Positions 12,091 through 24,066 of a DNA stretch of 40,998 nt are shown piece by piece. Where the stretch lies: NCBI RefSeq assembly GCF_001194135.2, contig NC_068982.1:148742570-148783567 (forward strand), read 5' to 3'. Position 1 is the first letter of the stretch. The number at the start of each line of letters is the position of its first letter. This DNA is from Octopus bimaculoides (Eukaryota). The notes under the pieces are model-generated. The model worked only from the letters and a program-made list of their open reading frames with translations. It did not search any database and was not told the DNA's origin. The position numbers and the translations under genes are program-made.

Positions 12091-13420
12091 GCCAAACAGA
12101 GATGTAGGTATTATTACTTCTCTTGTCATTACTTCTTTTTTACTTTTTTACTTTATTTTTTGCATGACTGCTTGAACTTCTCTTTTCAGTACGACGCCAT
12201 TATTATATTGTGATTTGCCACCATCACATAAATCAATCTTCTTTGCAAAATAACAGGAAAAAGCTGCTAACCTTCATCAGAATTATTTGTAGCAGCCATA
12301 ATATAAGCACACATATATAAAGGCTTGTGTGATGACAATCTAGCTTTGCACTATAATGGAGAAATGAGGGCTATTTTGTTTTTTTTAATTTCTTTTTACA
12401 TTTATCATTTTTCACAGAAATATGATTTGATGTTTGTATCTTTATTTCGGATTATGAACAAAAACTGGAAAAATATATAATAAATAATATTAATAAAAAC
12501 AGATAAATAAAGAATATATGAATTTAATAGAATGAAAAAATAAATAAATTTAACAGAAATTATAAAATAACAAAAGTGGCAAAGCTCACATGCAAACACA
12601 CACACACACAAACACATGCACAAATATACACATACAGACAATACAATGACGCAAGCAAGCACATAAATATATTAACACATATACAAATTCTTTCACACGG
12701 ATACTTGTATAAAGACACTCAAATATAGATATACAGACACATATCCACACAGAAACTTGCATACACAAAACACATACACCAACAAAAATTGTAAAATACA
12801 TGCAAACAACTAAGAAAAAAATGAAAAAGCCAAATAAATGCCAAACGGGAATCATGTAATAATGGGCCATAATGAATAAAATGGTTCAATAATGATAAAA
12901 TGAATGAGAAAATGGTGAAAAAAAAATGCCTTTGATTTTAGTAGTCAATGTCCTGATAGAGAAAAAACTATGCATTACGATTAAAATAAAAAAGAGAACA
13001 AAGAAAATATAAAAAATATCTATATAGAAATAAAAATATTGAATAAAGAGAAAAGCTGAAAGGAGAAATATAGTGAGTATTGAAAAAATTCAACAATGTG
13101 ATGTGAATTGAGTTGAAATGAGAATGTATTTCTAGTAATCTATTTAATAGTTAGTGATAGTGCGAAAGTTATTAAATGGTTCTACAAGAATATGTTGTCA
13201 ATTCATGAAAGTAATAACAACTTGGAATTTGTCTCACGAACAAGAAGTAGTATTTGTTGCTTGCTGGGATCATTTTAGGACAAAGTCATTTAGACAGCGA
13301 TAACCATTTGGCAAAATTATCTGCGTTTGTAATAAGAGGCTTCCACAGTGTGCATGTGTATGTACGTATGTGTATGTGCATATGTGTGTATGCATATATG
13401 TATGTATGTGTATATGTATG

Positions 13421-13454
<34 letters not shown>

Positions 13455-13559
13455 TGTATGTATGTATGTATGTATGTGTGTGTGTCTATATATGTATACA
13501 TATACATAGATAAACTCCAACAATTTCAACAACAGCAACAATAAGGATATCAACTCCTT

Positions 13560-14625
13560 TGCAGGAGTAACAAAATTACAGGAGCAAGTCTTTGCGGTCA
13601 GAAAGCATACATACCTGAGAGAAGCAGAAGGGGATAGAAAAACTAAGATTCAGATTTGATGGAGAAGACTGCCAGGAGGACCATTGTTTATAGATGTGTG
13701 TCACTAAAATTTTCAATGCACCACACATCCATGTAAAGAAATACTTGAAGAGTAAATGAACTTCCTCACATGAAGAAGACAATATGGTTCTGTAGAAGTA
13801 AGGTTCTTCACAGAGGCACTGGCCCCAAAACATTCAATGGTCCATTGCAAACATCAAGATCTACTCCCTCTCCTCACATACCTTGGTCAGCGGGTGGTGG
13901 AGATTAAAATTACAGATGTGCTACCAGAATTAGACATTTGGTGGTGACCTGGCAGAAATGTTAGCACACCGGGTGAAATGCTTAGCAGTATTTCGTATGC
14001 CGATGCATTCTGAGTTCAAATTCCGCCGAGGTTGACTTTGCCTTTCATCCTTTCAGGGTCGAAAAATAAGTACCAGTTCCACACTGGGGTCGATATAATT
14101 GACTTAATCCGTTTGTCTGTCCTTGTTTGTCCCCTCTGTGTGTAGCCCCTTATGGGCAGTAAAGAAATAAGAATTAGACATTTGGTGGTTGGGCATGTGT
14201 GTAGCAATCGAAGGCCCAGACATGCTTCTGGATATTAAAAAATATTATAAGGGAAACTGGTTGGCATTGGGTTGGAGATTTTGATCCAAGTAAAACCAAT
14301 ATCCCTGGACAAGATCCTTGAGCTCATTGCGCTGCCAAATGGAACACAACTTCAGGTCATGGTAGAAGGCAGGAAACTAAGATTCCACACTTGTGGGTCA
14401 GATTCACATTTGAAAGCCTTCTGCACACAACAATAACAAAAGGGAGCTAGAGGAATGCCTATTCTATGACGACTACCCCAAGAACAGCATCCAGAAAACC
14501 AAAAGTTGCAACAACAATCCCTACAAAAACATCCTATGAAGCAGAATCCTACCATGACAGCAACACCAACAACTGTAACAGCAGAAACAAGCAGCACTCA
14601 GCTGTTCCTACAGACTGGCGATGTT
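13560..14625 (+). mobile_element. L1/Tx1-like LINE 5' region (ORF1 with gag-type zinc knuckle), interrupted by a SINE
   Basis: Removing the SINE and one TSD copy gives a continuous frame, YGSVEVRFFTEALAPK...LPELDIWWLGMCVAIEG...LPNGTQLQVMVEGRKLRFHTCGSDSHLKAFC, ending in a [C>F]x2Cx4Hx4C knuckle. Putative ATG at 13659, with frameshifts near the start. Clade assignment is inferred. Confidence 0.65.
13946..14169 (+). mobile_element. tRNA-derived SINE (family B) with perfect 20-bp TSD
   Basis: A-box-like tggcagaaatgtta and B-box-like gagttcaaattcc. Flanked by agaattagacatttggtggt at 13926-13945 and 14170-14189. Confidence 0.92.
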
Positions 14626-14869
14626 TAATCTGAGTGTATCTAGGGTCCCATTATCTAAAGTGGCCCTTTTCATTTAAGATGTTAGGATGTGATGTGAGAA
14701 ATATTTGGTTCTTTTTTAAGAATTTTGTGCTGAAAATGTCCAACAGATAAATTGCTCAAAATATTTGTTGAATATCAAGAATTGCTGACTGCAGTTTGTT
14801 ATCCATGTATTTCTATGCAGAGCTGTTTATATATATGCATGCGCATGCCCCACACACACACACATGCAT

Positions 14870-14932
<63 letters not shown>

Positions 14933-15749
14933 ACACACATGTGCATATATGCATATTTTGAATGCTACCAACTGTATTAAAAGATCTGACATGTATCATG
15001 TTGATAGCCTACTGTCTATCATATATAAGCACCTCTAATATCATCCCGGTCATCATAGATTACACAGAACACATACAGCTCATAAGGTGGTGGTTATATC
15101 TTTTGTGGTCTGCATGTAGTATATGACCAGGGCTTCTAAATGAATTTTTTCAAGGTAAAACATGGCTAATTTGAAGGCCTGGAAGGATTCCTCTCATTTA
15201 AGATGAAAATGGACCTTCAGTCATCATTTAACTCTTTTCAATAAAGACTACTTTTTCCTTCTTTGAAAGAGAAAAATAGATAACCAGAAAATAGGAACAA
15301 AGCAAACACATTTTAGCATATGATTATGAAAGCATAATTGAACATGATGGCTAATATAAAGCTATCTGAATATGGCCACCAGTAAACATTTATAAATATT
15401 TATTCCCTGAGCACCAGAATAACCAGATAACAATATCTTCTATATCTTTTATACAAAGCAACGATAAGCCTAATCAGCTAATGGGATTAGCTTTTGTGAC
15501 ATTTTTATCTGCAAAATTCCTAACATTTGTAAGATCAATTTCTTTGGTGCTGCTTCATTCAATACTTAGCCTAAAACTAACCCTAGCCCTAACTCTGATT
15601 TTAACCCTTGCTAAACCATCAAGATGGGTTTGAGACATGGTAGACTTTAAAATGATTTTGATGTTTAAGTTTGCTAAAAGATATTTCAGCTGATGCTATT
15701 ATTGCTGGAATTGTCAGAAAATGTCTGGAATTATCTTATAAAGTTTCAT

Positions 15750-15840
15750 TATCATCATCATCAGTGTCCTTATTTCAATGTTCTATTTTCCATGTCTGTA
15801 TGGGTCACATAAATATATTGAGGTAGATTTTCTTCAGTAA
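15750..15840 (-). mobile_element. Short LINE-tail-type repeat (family D) with (GAT)n tail
   Basis: The reverse complement resembles 35300-35410 and 26370-26460 (aaaatctgcctcaa...gacccatgcaagcatggaaaa...(gat)n). Confidence 0.5.
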
Positions 15841-16030
15841 GATAATCTTGTCACCACCCTTCATCCATTTTGAAGCAAAAGACACTGCTCGTATGACAGC
15901 AACACTTGTTTACATATAGAACAGTGTCAAGACAAGAAAATATGAACACGCATTCATGTACACACTCACACACACATATACACACGCATACACACATATG
16001 CACATATATCTATATATACATACATACATG

Positions 16031-16119
<89 letters not shown>

Positions 16120-16639
16120 TTGCTATTATGTTAAACTGTCATATGTTCAAATTTGGCCAAATGCATTTTTTCAATATTTAACATTGCTTACAATAGCCAG
16201 TTCTTTTGTTCTAACTAATGTAACTCCAGCTGCTTCAGATGCCATGGTATGAAAAGCGTCAATGTGTAACACAATGGTTTAACAATTTTTTAAAGGCAGC
16301 AAGTCCCACATACGACAGTTTTTCAAAAATATTTCTGACTGAAAATATCATATTAACATGGAGTTACGATTTCATGCTCTGAACAAAGTATTATTGTTAA
16401 GCTAAAACTGTTGGTAATGTAAAAAGGAATGGAATGATGAAACTATTTGTTCGTTTTCTGAAAAAGCAACATTTTTGGACTTACAACCCTTTTGTGACAT
16501 CTGGTACTTGACTGATGAAAGAAAACCAAGAATGACCCGTCTCTTTTTGCCTGTCCTTCTAATTGTTGTTTATCTTGTCCACCTTTGTGTCGTCTATCTG
16601 TCCAAACGTTTTAATGCCCTCTATTGCGTTTTCGTTCCA

Positions 16640-18010
16640 TTTTCTTCCTAGTCATTTGAAACAAATATCATATCAAATTGCCTTTAGTTGATTAACTTAT
16701 CAGTGTTGATTTCAGTAAACTTAAATCTAGTGTGAGAAAGAATGATATCTGGAGTAAAATATACTTTATATATTTCATTTTCATAGACCCACTTTTATTA
16801 TCCCTTCTTTGATTTGCTTTATAATTTTAATCAAAACTCAAAGCAGTACTGTTTCATCACCATCTTTTTCTCTATGCTTAAGTTGTTGCCTTTCAGGTCA
16901 TGTTGAACTTTATCTGAGTTTAGCATCACAGAAAAAGTCCCTTGGATCTTTTCTTTGCTGGAGTTCAATTTTAGTAGTGCAAAGTTTCTTAACTCCTCGA
17001 GGTTTTAAATTGTTTGCTAGGGTGGCATTTGAAGTTTGAAAAGCTGCATTTGCAGATTCAGAATTCAAGAAAACAGTGAAGAATCGGTTTATTAATTTCA
17101 TCAGAAAGCATATCATTTAGAGTATATGTCTTGTAATTCTTTTCCTTTCCTTCAATAGAGATAAAGTACACCTTGAAATCCTCTCATTACTGCAAAATCA
17201 TCTATAGACATTTCCTTCTGATCAACCAATAAGCCAAGCTTGGTCTGGTAAATTTTAGTGGCATGAATTTCCATCATAATAAATTTTCTTTGATGAAGGG
17301 CTCCAACACTGAATCAATTTGTAATTTCACACATCAAAAATGTTAAATTAGAAAGCAAGCCTTTTGGCATGATAATTCCAAACTGTGGCACATACATTTT
17401 ACAATTGTAATATTTAGGTTCATATTTCAGTCTTGAAAACACTGAATTATATTAACCAATTATTTGTTCTGTCTGTCTCAAGTCTAATGCTATTATTTGT
17501 ATCTATGTTGTTCATTGAGAAATCAATTTTAATTAGAAATACTTTTGCTAGTTGTTCATAGTACCTGAATTATCTTCCAAAATTTGCTTGCACTCTTTGA
17601 TGCTAATAAGAAAAATCTTTCACATAAGTACAATAGTTTTGTGACATTTATATCACTTGATTCATCAATTAATAACAAGTATTTTGACTTCTTCAAGTTG
17701 TCAAATAAAACTTCATGTAAAGTTAGTCATAACATTCCTGATTAGGGTCATGAACTTCGTTTGATATACTTTCACCTTCTTTTCAGTTTCATTCTCTTTA
17801 AGGTAACTTATTTGTTAACTTTGGTGATCAACCAATCAAATACTTCAGTAATATGTTATACACTATATTTAATTTCAAATAGTTTCACATTCATATATTA
17901 TGTACTAGCTTTCATGGATATGTTTGAAGTTAGATTTCAGTTTGCACAACCCTGGGCATTCTTTCTATATTTTACAGATTTCTGATGATCAGTTAAAGAT
18001 TTACATGTGT
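16640..18010 (-). mobile_element. Decayed hAT-superfamily transposase
   Basis: Minus-strand frames give TLIRNVM, LKKSKYLLLIDESSDIKCHK (hAT DES[T/S]D catalytic motif), CHSLEL, TN[W>*]FS, MLSDEINK and ANAAFQ, in the expected hAT order with many frameshifts. No TIRs identified. Confidence 0.7.
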
Positions 18011-18158
18011 ATGTTAGTAATATAGTTAAAACACTCACATATTGCATTATATTTTATTCCAAATAAACATCATGAACTAAATTCCCTGATCTCTGTTACA
18101 CTGATAGCAATCATTAGTATTCCACTTTCCTGTTACGAGAGGCTGTTAATAAGGTTGT

Positions 18159-18620
18159 CTTTACTTCTTTCAGTCATTTGACTGTGGCCATGCTACGGCA
18201 CTGCTCTGAGGAATTTTTGTCAAACAGATTGACCCCCGTATTCATTTTGTTTTAAGCCTTGTACTTATTCTATTGGTCTCTTTTGCTAAACTGCTAAGTT
18301 ACAGGGACACAAACAAAGTAACATCAGTTGTCAAGCAGTGCTGGTGGACAAACATAGACACAAATATATACATAAATATGCATGTGTGCACACATGCGTG
18401 TGTGCATGCACACACATGCACACACACGCACACACACACACACACATATACGACAGGCTTTCATTCAGTTTCCATCAACGAAATCTATTCACAAAGCTTT
18501 GGTCAGTCTGAAACCATAGTAGAAAGTACTTGCCCAAGATTCCACACAGTGGCATTGAACACAGACACATGTGGTTGGGAAGCAGACTTCTTACCACAAA
18601 GTACAGCCACACCTGCACCT
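18159..18620 (-). mobile_element. Near full-length SINE family A with internal (CA/TG)n microsatellite
   Basis: tRNA-like head at about 18540-18620, central part matching 3365-3520, internal microsatellite at 18365-18450, and 3' part matching 4957-5110. Confidence 0.85.
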
Positions 18621-19330
18621 ATTTCAATTTCCTGCTATGAGGGGCTGTTTATAAGGTTAGATAAAAAAAAGTTTATGTAAGGCTATACATAAGACATTTT
18701 TTTTTACCAAACCAAAGCTCAGAATTCGCTGAACTCTAAGCGGTACAGTCCCCCCACCATCAGATAAATATATTCTAAACCCTGCAAAAGCCATTTCACT
18801 GCTTTTTGGCTCACTTAAGCTGCAAATTAAAGATAGTAGCATTCCATGTTAAAATATATTTTTTATTTTAAAAAACAAAAAACGTTTTTGTTTTTAAATT
18901 AAACTTCCATATTTGCATGCAGTGGATTTTTCCTTTAATTCTATAGGAAGATAAATTTCTCTACATTAATAGCAACAATATTTCTTTAAATTGGTAAATA
19001 TAAAAAAAAAATACAGAAAGAAACACTTACTGAGAAAACCTGCCTCCTAGTGATACAGCGAATGCATATTTTGCTCATCTTCATAAATAAACTGACTTAA
19101 CCTTCCCTCACTGAAACAACCATGATGATAGATTAGATCAGGTAAGGTTACATTGCCTTATTTATGAAAATATACAAAATATTTACATTAAAATACATTT
19201 CTCGGTATAAATAGAAGTTGTAATGATTTACATCTAAGTGTACCATCCGCCAAAAACGCAATTGGAAAGCCTCTATGTATGTATGTATGTATGCATGCAT
19301 GTATGTATGCATGCATGTATGTATGTATGT

Positions 19331-19950
19331 ATACTCAGATAAGAAAAGAAATGGAATAACAATTAACAATTAGAAGTTAATCATTGGTATTAAAAGATCA
19401 TAGTTTAATTGTAGTTTAAAAAGCATTTACAGCTGTTTCACTTTGTATTTTAAGTAAATTTGCATTTATCTCATTCCATTTGACAAACATCATCAGAATA
19501 ATTTATAGTTTATTGGAGCAATATAGACAGGAGAAAAAGGAAAAAAGTTTGTTAAGTCTTTAGGCTTATATTTTTGTGTCCTTTCAGGTTCGACGTGTGT
19601 GTACATTTCTTCAATTAGATGAATGGAGCATCTAATTGAAGAAATGTACACACATGTCAAACCTTAAAGGACACAAAAATGTAAGCCTAAAGACTTAACA
19701 AACTTTTCCTTTTTTGCTTTTTCCTTTTTCCTTTTTCTTTTCCTTTTCCTCTTCCTCATGTCCTCTGATAAACTATAAATCATTCTGACGATATTGATTA
19801 AATGAAATGAGATAAATGCAAATTTACTTCAAAAATAACAAACTGAAACAGCTGTAAATGTTTTTTAGCTAAAATTAAACTATAACCTTTTAATACCAAT
19901 GATCAACTTCTAATTGTTAATTATTGTTCCACTTCTTTTATCTGAATATA
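19331..19950. repeat. Long fold-back inverted repeat (arms about 290 and 320 bp, 7-nt loop)
   Basis: 19331-19621 is the reverse complement of 19629-19950, centred on catttcttcaattagatg-aatggag-catctaattgaagaaatg. The arms are diverged, with a pyrimidine-repeat expansion in the right arm. Confidence 0.93.
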
Positions 19951-20090
19951 TTAAACCATGGTTTACCATTTAAATTACCAACTACTGTTAACGCTATAGC
20001 AAGGCCTATACATTGTGAGGTAATACAACAGTAGTGCTTATGGATACATTTATCCCTTAGACAGTTGCATAACCTCTAGCTTACAATTTT

Positions 20091-20121
<31 letters not shown>

Positions 20122-20162
20122 TATGTGTGTGTGTGTGTGTGTATGTGTGTGTGTGTGTGTAC

Positions 20163-20215
<53 letters not shown>

Positions 20216-20365
20216 CCAAATATATGCTGACCCTGACTGCTGGAACCCATTCATGCACCCATTGTCAGCACAGGAAACAGGTGTAAAATAATGATGATGA
20301 TGATGATGACGACGATGACCATAACGATGATAATTAACAATGAGTATGCATGATTTATGAAATAA

Positions 20366-20656
20366 CGATAAAGCTCGCCCTTTCAAAGCCTAGCTAGGCT
20401 CATGGGCCTGGTTTCCCATTTTCTATGGCGTATGTATTCCCCCCAGCTGAGCGTTACTCAAGAAACAGGAAGAAAAAGTGAGAGAAAGTTGGGGCGAAAG
20501 AGTACAACAGGGGTCGCCACCACCCCCTGCTGGAGCCTCGTGGAGCTTAGGTGTTTTCGCTCAATATACACTCACAACGCCCAGTCTGGGAATCAAAACC
20601 GCGATCCTCCGACCGCGAATCCGCTGCCCTAACCACTGGGCCATTGCGTCTCCACT
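20366..20656 (-). mobile_element. tRNA-derived SINE (family C2), downstream monomer of the dimer
   Basis: Minus-strand head ggagacgcaatggcccagtggttagggcagcgg...ggttttgattccc (A and B boxes). Tail gcccatgagcctagctaggctttgaaagggcg is shared with the adjacent monomer. Confidence 0.85.
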
Positions 20657-20902
20657 TGCGCCCTTTTAAAGCCTAGCCAGGCTCATGGGCCCGGTTTTCT
20701 GGTTTCAATGGCGTATGTGTTCCCCAGCTGGACGGGACGCCAGTCCATCGCTGCGTTACTCATTTTTGCCAGCTGAGCGGACTGGAGCAACGTGAAATGA
20801 AGTGTTTTGCTCAAGAACACAACGTGTCGCCTAATCCAGGAATCGAAACCACAATCTTACAAGCATGATACTGACACCCTAACCACTAAGCCACACGCCT
20901 CC
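20657..20902 (-). mobile_element. tRNA-derived SINE (family C1), upstream monomer of the dimer
   Basis: Head ggaggcgtgtggcttagtggttagg...ggtttcgattcc, central gcgatggactggcgtcccgtccagc, and tail gcccatgagcctggctaggctttaaaagggcg. Confidence 0.88.
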
Positions 20903-22088
20903 ATGATTTATAAAATAATAGAATATTATTAAGAGTCAGCAGTCACCTCTTAAATTTGCAATATCATTTGATATAATTCCCTATCTATAGGTGTTCTGTG
21001 AATTCTGTGCTTTAATTATGTAAAAGAAAAAAATCTTTAACCAAAGTAATACTGGTGCATGATATTGCAAATTTAAGAGGTCACTGCTGACTCTTAATAA
21101 TATTCTATTATTTCATAAATCAGGCATACTCATTGTTACTTATCATCATTATGGTCATCGTCGTCGTCATCATCATCGTTATTTTACACCTGTTTTCCAC
21201 GCTGGCAATGGGTTCTTGAATAGGTCCCAGCAGTCAGGGTCAGCATATATTTGGGGATTCTGCTTCAACCTCAATGATTTGGAGGACCCTCTGTTATTTA
21301 CATTTCTCTTTTTGGCTCAGCTTGCACGATGGACACCCTTTCTAAATTAAATTACTTTACATATATTCTACTGGCATATATTTCATGGCACCTTAGATAA
21401 AGAGGCAGCTCTATCATTGACATGACTAAAGGAACCCCATAACTTTGTGTTTATGCTCACATGCTATCCTCTTTATATTTGGTTTCAGTACTTGCCCATG
21501 ATTAAACTCATTCCTCGACCAGAATAAAATAATTTCATTCAAAAAAAATCACTCATTTTAAAAAAAAATAGCCAATATATCTCTTGAAAATTGAAAAACT
21601 GATATAATAATTGAAGACAACTATTTATATATTTTTGTTATTATTATTATCATTTTTTTTGGTGACTTTCCAGAAATATTCTTGCAATTTTGATCCTAAT
21701 GTGCTTTCTGCAATACGATTGTAGTTTACATTGTAATTCAATGTAATGATCTTTCTATTATTCTGCTGTGACTTGAAATGAAAATCAATAGTTACATATA
21801 ATTAATGGGCCTAAATTACAGTCTTCTACAGGATGGTTTGTATACAGAGCTTTTGATTTTGGAAATATCAATCTAAATTTAATTGCTGTCTTAAAGTGAA
21901 CATTCTCCAGATAATTTTGAATATGTAGTTGATTTTGATTTTAATTGGACATACAGGACTGAAAACAGACACAATGTCCAAAACTTAATATACCAGACAA
22001 GGCTGGTCATAGATATTATCACACATCCATTCATTGGAGGAAATAAATAGTTCATTTGTTTCAAAGATAAAATAGACAGATCCAGATA

Positions 22089-22154
<66 letters not shown>

Positions 22155-22323
22155 TCTTTCTACTATAGGCACAAGGCCTGGAAGTTGTTTGGTTGGGTTA
22201 AGTTGATTACATCAACCCCAGTGCAAAACTGGTGCTTAATTTATCGACTCTGTAAGGATGAAAGGCAAAGTTAACCCCAGCAGAATTTGAACTCAGAGTA
22301 TAGTAATGGGCAAAATACTGCTA
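22089..22323 (-). mobile_element. SINE family B fragment with long (TAA/TTA)n tail
   Basis: gattacatcaaccccagtgc..ggatgaaaggcaaagttaacc..gaatttgaactcaga aligns with 5800-5950. (TAA)n run at 22089-22153. Confidence 0.8.
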
Positions 22324-22324
22324 C

Positions 22325-23125
22325 TTGAGAGTGCACATGAATTTCAATCAAGAACAGCCAATGTGAGAGAAGAAACCCTCAACAAATTAAAAGACCAGGA
22401 AGCATCATGGAGGTGGCTCAACAAGGTGACCTAAAAAAGAAGACTCAAAGCCCAATCATCGCTGCCCGGGACCAGGCATTAAATACCAACTCAGTAAAAA
22501 AAGAATATATATCACACGAGTGCATCAGACCTCTGTAGAATGTGAGGGAAGAGGGTCAAAAGCATGACTCATATTGTTAGTGATTGTGAAAGTCTTGCAC
22601 AGAAAGAGTACAAGCATAGACATGACAAAGTAGTCCAAAATCTTCACTGGCTACTATGCCATAAGTATGGATATGATTTTATGATTCAGTGCGACCATGT
22701 GATAGAGAATAGGAAACCTGACATATTGTTAATTGAGAAAGAAAGCAAATGATGCTGAATCATAGATATAGCATGCCCAGCTGACAACAAGGTATGTGAT
22801 AAGGAAGAAAGAAAAGTTGATAGATATGACAGGTTAGCTTGGGAGGTTAGGCAGCTGTGGTCACTGAAAAAGGTAGCAGTAGTACCAATAATTATCGGAG
22901 CCTTAGGAACAATGAATAAAAATCTTGAGAAGTACATGGAACAAATAGGGGCTGTGATAAAGTGAAGCACTTGCAGAAAACAGCACTGCTTGGAACCACT
23001 CGAATACTCTGGATGGTACTCCAAAAATAAAGGGTGTTACCTTAGTTCACTAGTAGTGGACAGCTAATACCGTAGTACATCTCCAGCATTAGAAGCTGTG
23101 CAAAGACAATGAAATAATAATAGTC
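22325..23125 (+). mobile_element. R4/Dong-like RLE LINE, 3' fragment
   Basis: Zinc-knuckle remnant (CRM..SMTHIVSDC), HRHDKVVQNLHW, RLE motif NRKPDILLIEK..IIDIACP..KEERKVDRY, and VVPIIIGALG. Ends in aaataataatag. Confidence 0.9.
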
Positions 23126-23129
23126 ATAA

Positions 23130-23805
23130 TAGTCTCTGCTGTATCGCATCTGTAACAGAGTGGACAAAACCATTGTCCATATCACAAATGAATGCCCTAG
23201 ACTTGCCCAGAGCCACTACAAGTTGTGGTGACATGATAAGGTAGCAAAAGTGTTACATTGGAAATTATACAAAAAGTGGGGCTAGAGAGTGGCAAGACAT
23301 GATATGAGCACAAACCACAGTGAGTGATGGAGTTGGAAACTTGCGAAATCCTCTGGGGATTTTCCAGTCCAAACAGATCAGGTGCTAGAGCATAACAGAC
23401 TAGACCTAGTGGTGGTCGACAAGATGCACCACATGTGCCATATAGTTGTTGTTGCATGCCTCATTGGCCCACAAATAGTCAAGAAGCAAGGCAAAAAACT
23501 AGATAAATATAACCTTCTTAAGTATGAAATAGCTTGGCTATGGAAAATGAAGAAAGTGAAGATAGTGCAAAGTATTGTTGGGTCTTTGGGAACAGTATCA
23601 GAATACATCAAGGGGAATTAGAGTGCCTGGTAGAACTGTTACAAAACGTTTGTCTCTTTGGCATGCCCAGAATAATGAGGAAAATATTAGAGAGTTGTAA
23701 AGAACAGATAGCATTGTATGGTAGGTTGCAGGTAGCAAGCCCGCTACACATGCAAGACTCTAAAAGCTCCAACAAAACCTAAGATAAAAGGAAATAATAA
23801 TGATT
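23130..23805 (+). mobile_element. Second R4/Dong-like RLE LINE 3' fragment (different subfamily), head-to-tail with the previous one
   Basis: RICNRVDKTIVHITNEC..HDKVAKVLHWKL..HKP..EILW / HNRLDLVVVDK..KLDKYNLLKYEIAWLW..IVGSLG. Ends in aaataataatgat. Confidence 0.85.
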
Positions 23806-24021
23806 AGCTCCGATGCAGTACTGGGCAATGGCTCTCATGGCTTCTGATCTTAACTGACTGGAAGTGTTATCATGTAGATGTTTTATTTTGGTGCATAACT
23901 GTTATAGTGCATGACCATCCTTGAAATGTAAATAATGTGTTTAAAGTTAGGTGAAAATCGGTTGAGAATTGTGGAAATGTATCCGTTAGTCAATAAACAC
24001 ACACATATTGTGATTTATATC

Positions 24022-24066
<45 letters not shown>

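Larger units (their letters stand above)
20213..21257. repeat. Inverted duplication (arms about 200 bp, 91-bp spacer) with a SINE dimer inserted in the left arm
   Basis: 20213-20365 plus 20919-20967 is the reverse complement of 21059-21257, e.g. ttcccaaatatatgctgaccctgactgctgg versus ccagcagtcagggtcagcatatatttgggga. Confidence 0.92.

Noticed and set aside
12405-13100. Strongly A-rich strand-skewed tract
   Set aside because: Low-complexity decayed simple repeats with no periodic unit or coding signal that I could define.
15565-15612. Telomere-like ctaaccctagccctaac
   Set aside because: Only two or three degenerate units, and no second copy or hairpin to support a Helentron or an interstitial telomere.
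16500-16545. Perfect CTGATGA core (gactgatgaaagaaaacc)
   Set aside because: I could not build stem II, helix III or stem I around it; a 7-mer match is expected by chance.
17285-17320. ttgatgaagggctccaacactgaatc, superficially hammerhead-like
   Set aside because: It lies inside the hAT transposase coding relic (N[W]FSVGALHQRK on the minus strand) and lacks GAAA and stem II.
19195-19278. CpG-containing minus-strand frame GFPIAFLADGTLRC next to a (TATG)n tract
   Set aside because: Short, with no proper polypyrimidine acceptor and no recognisable homology.
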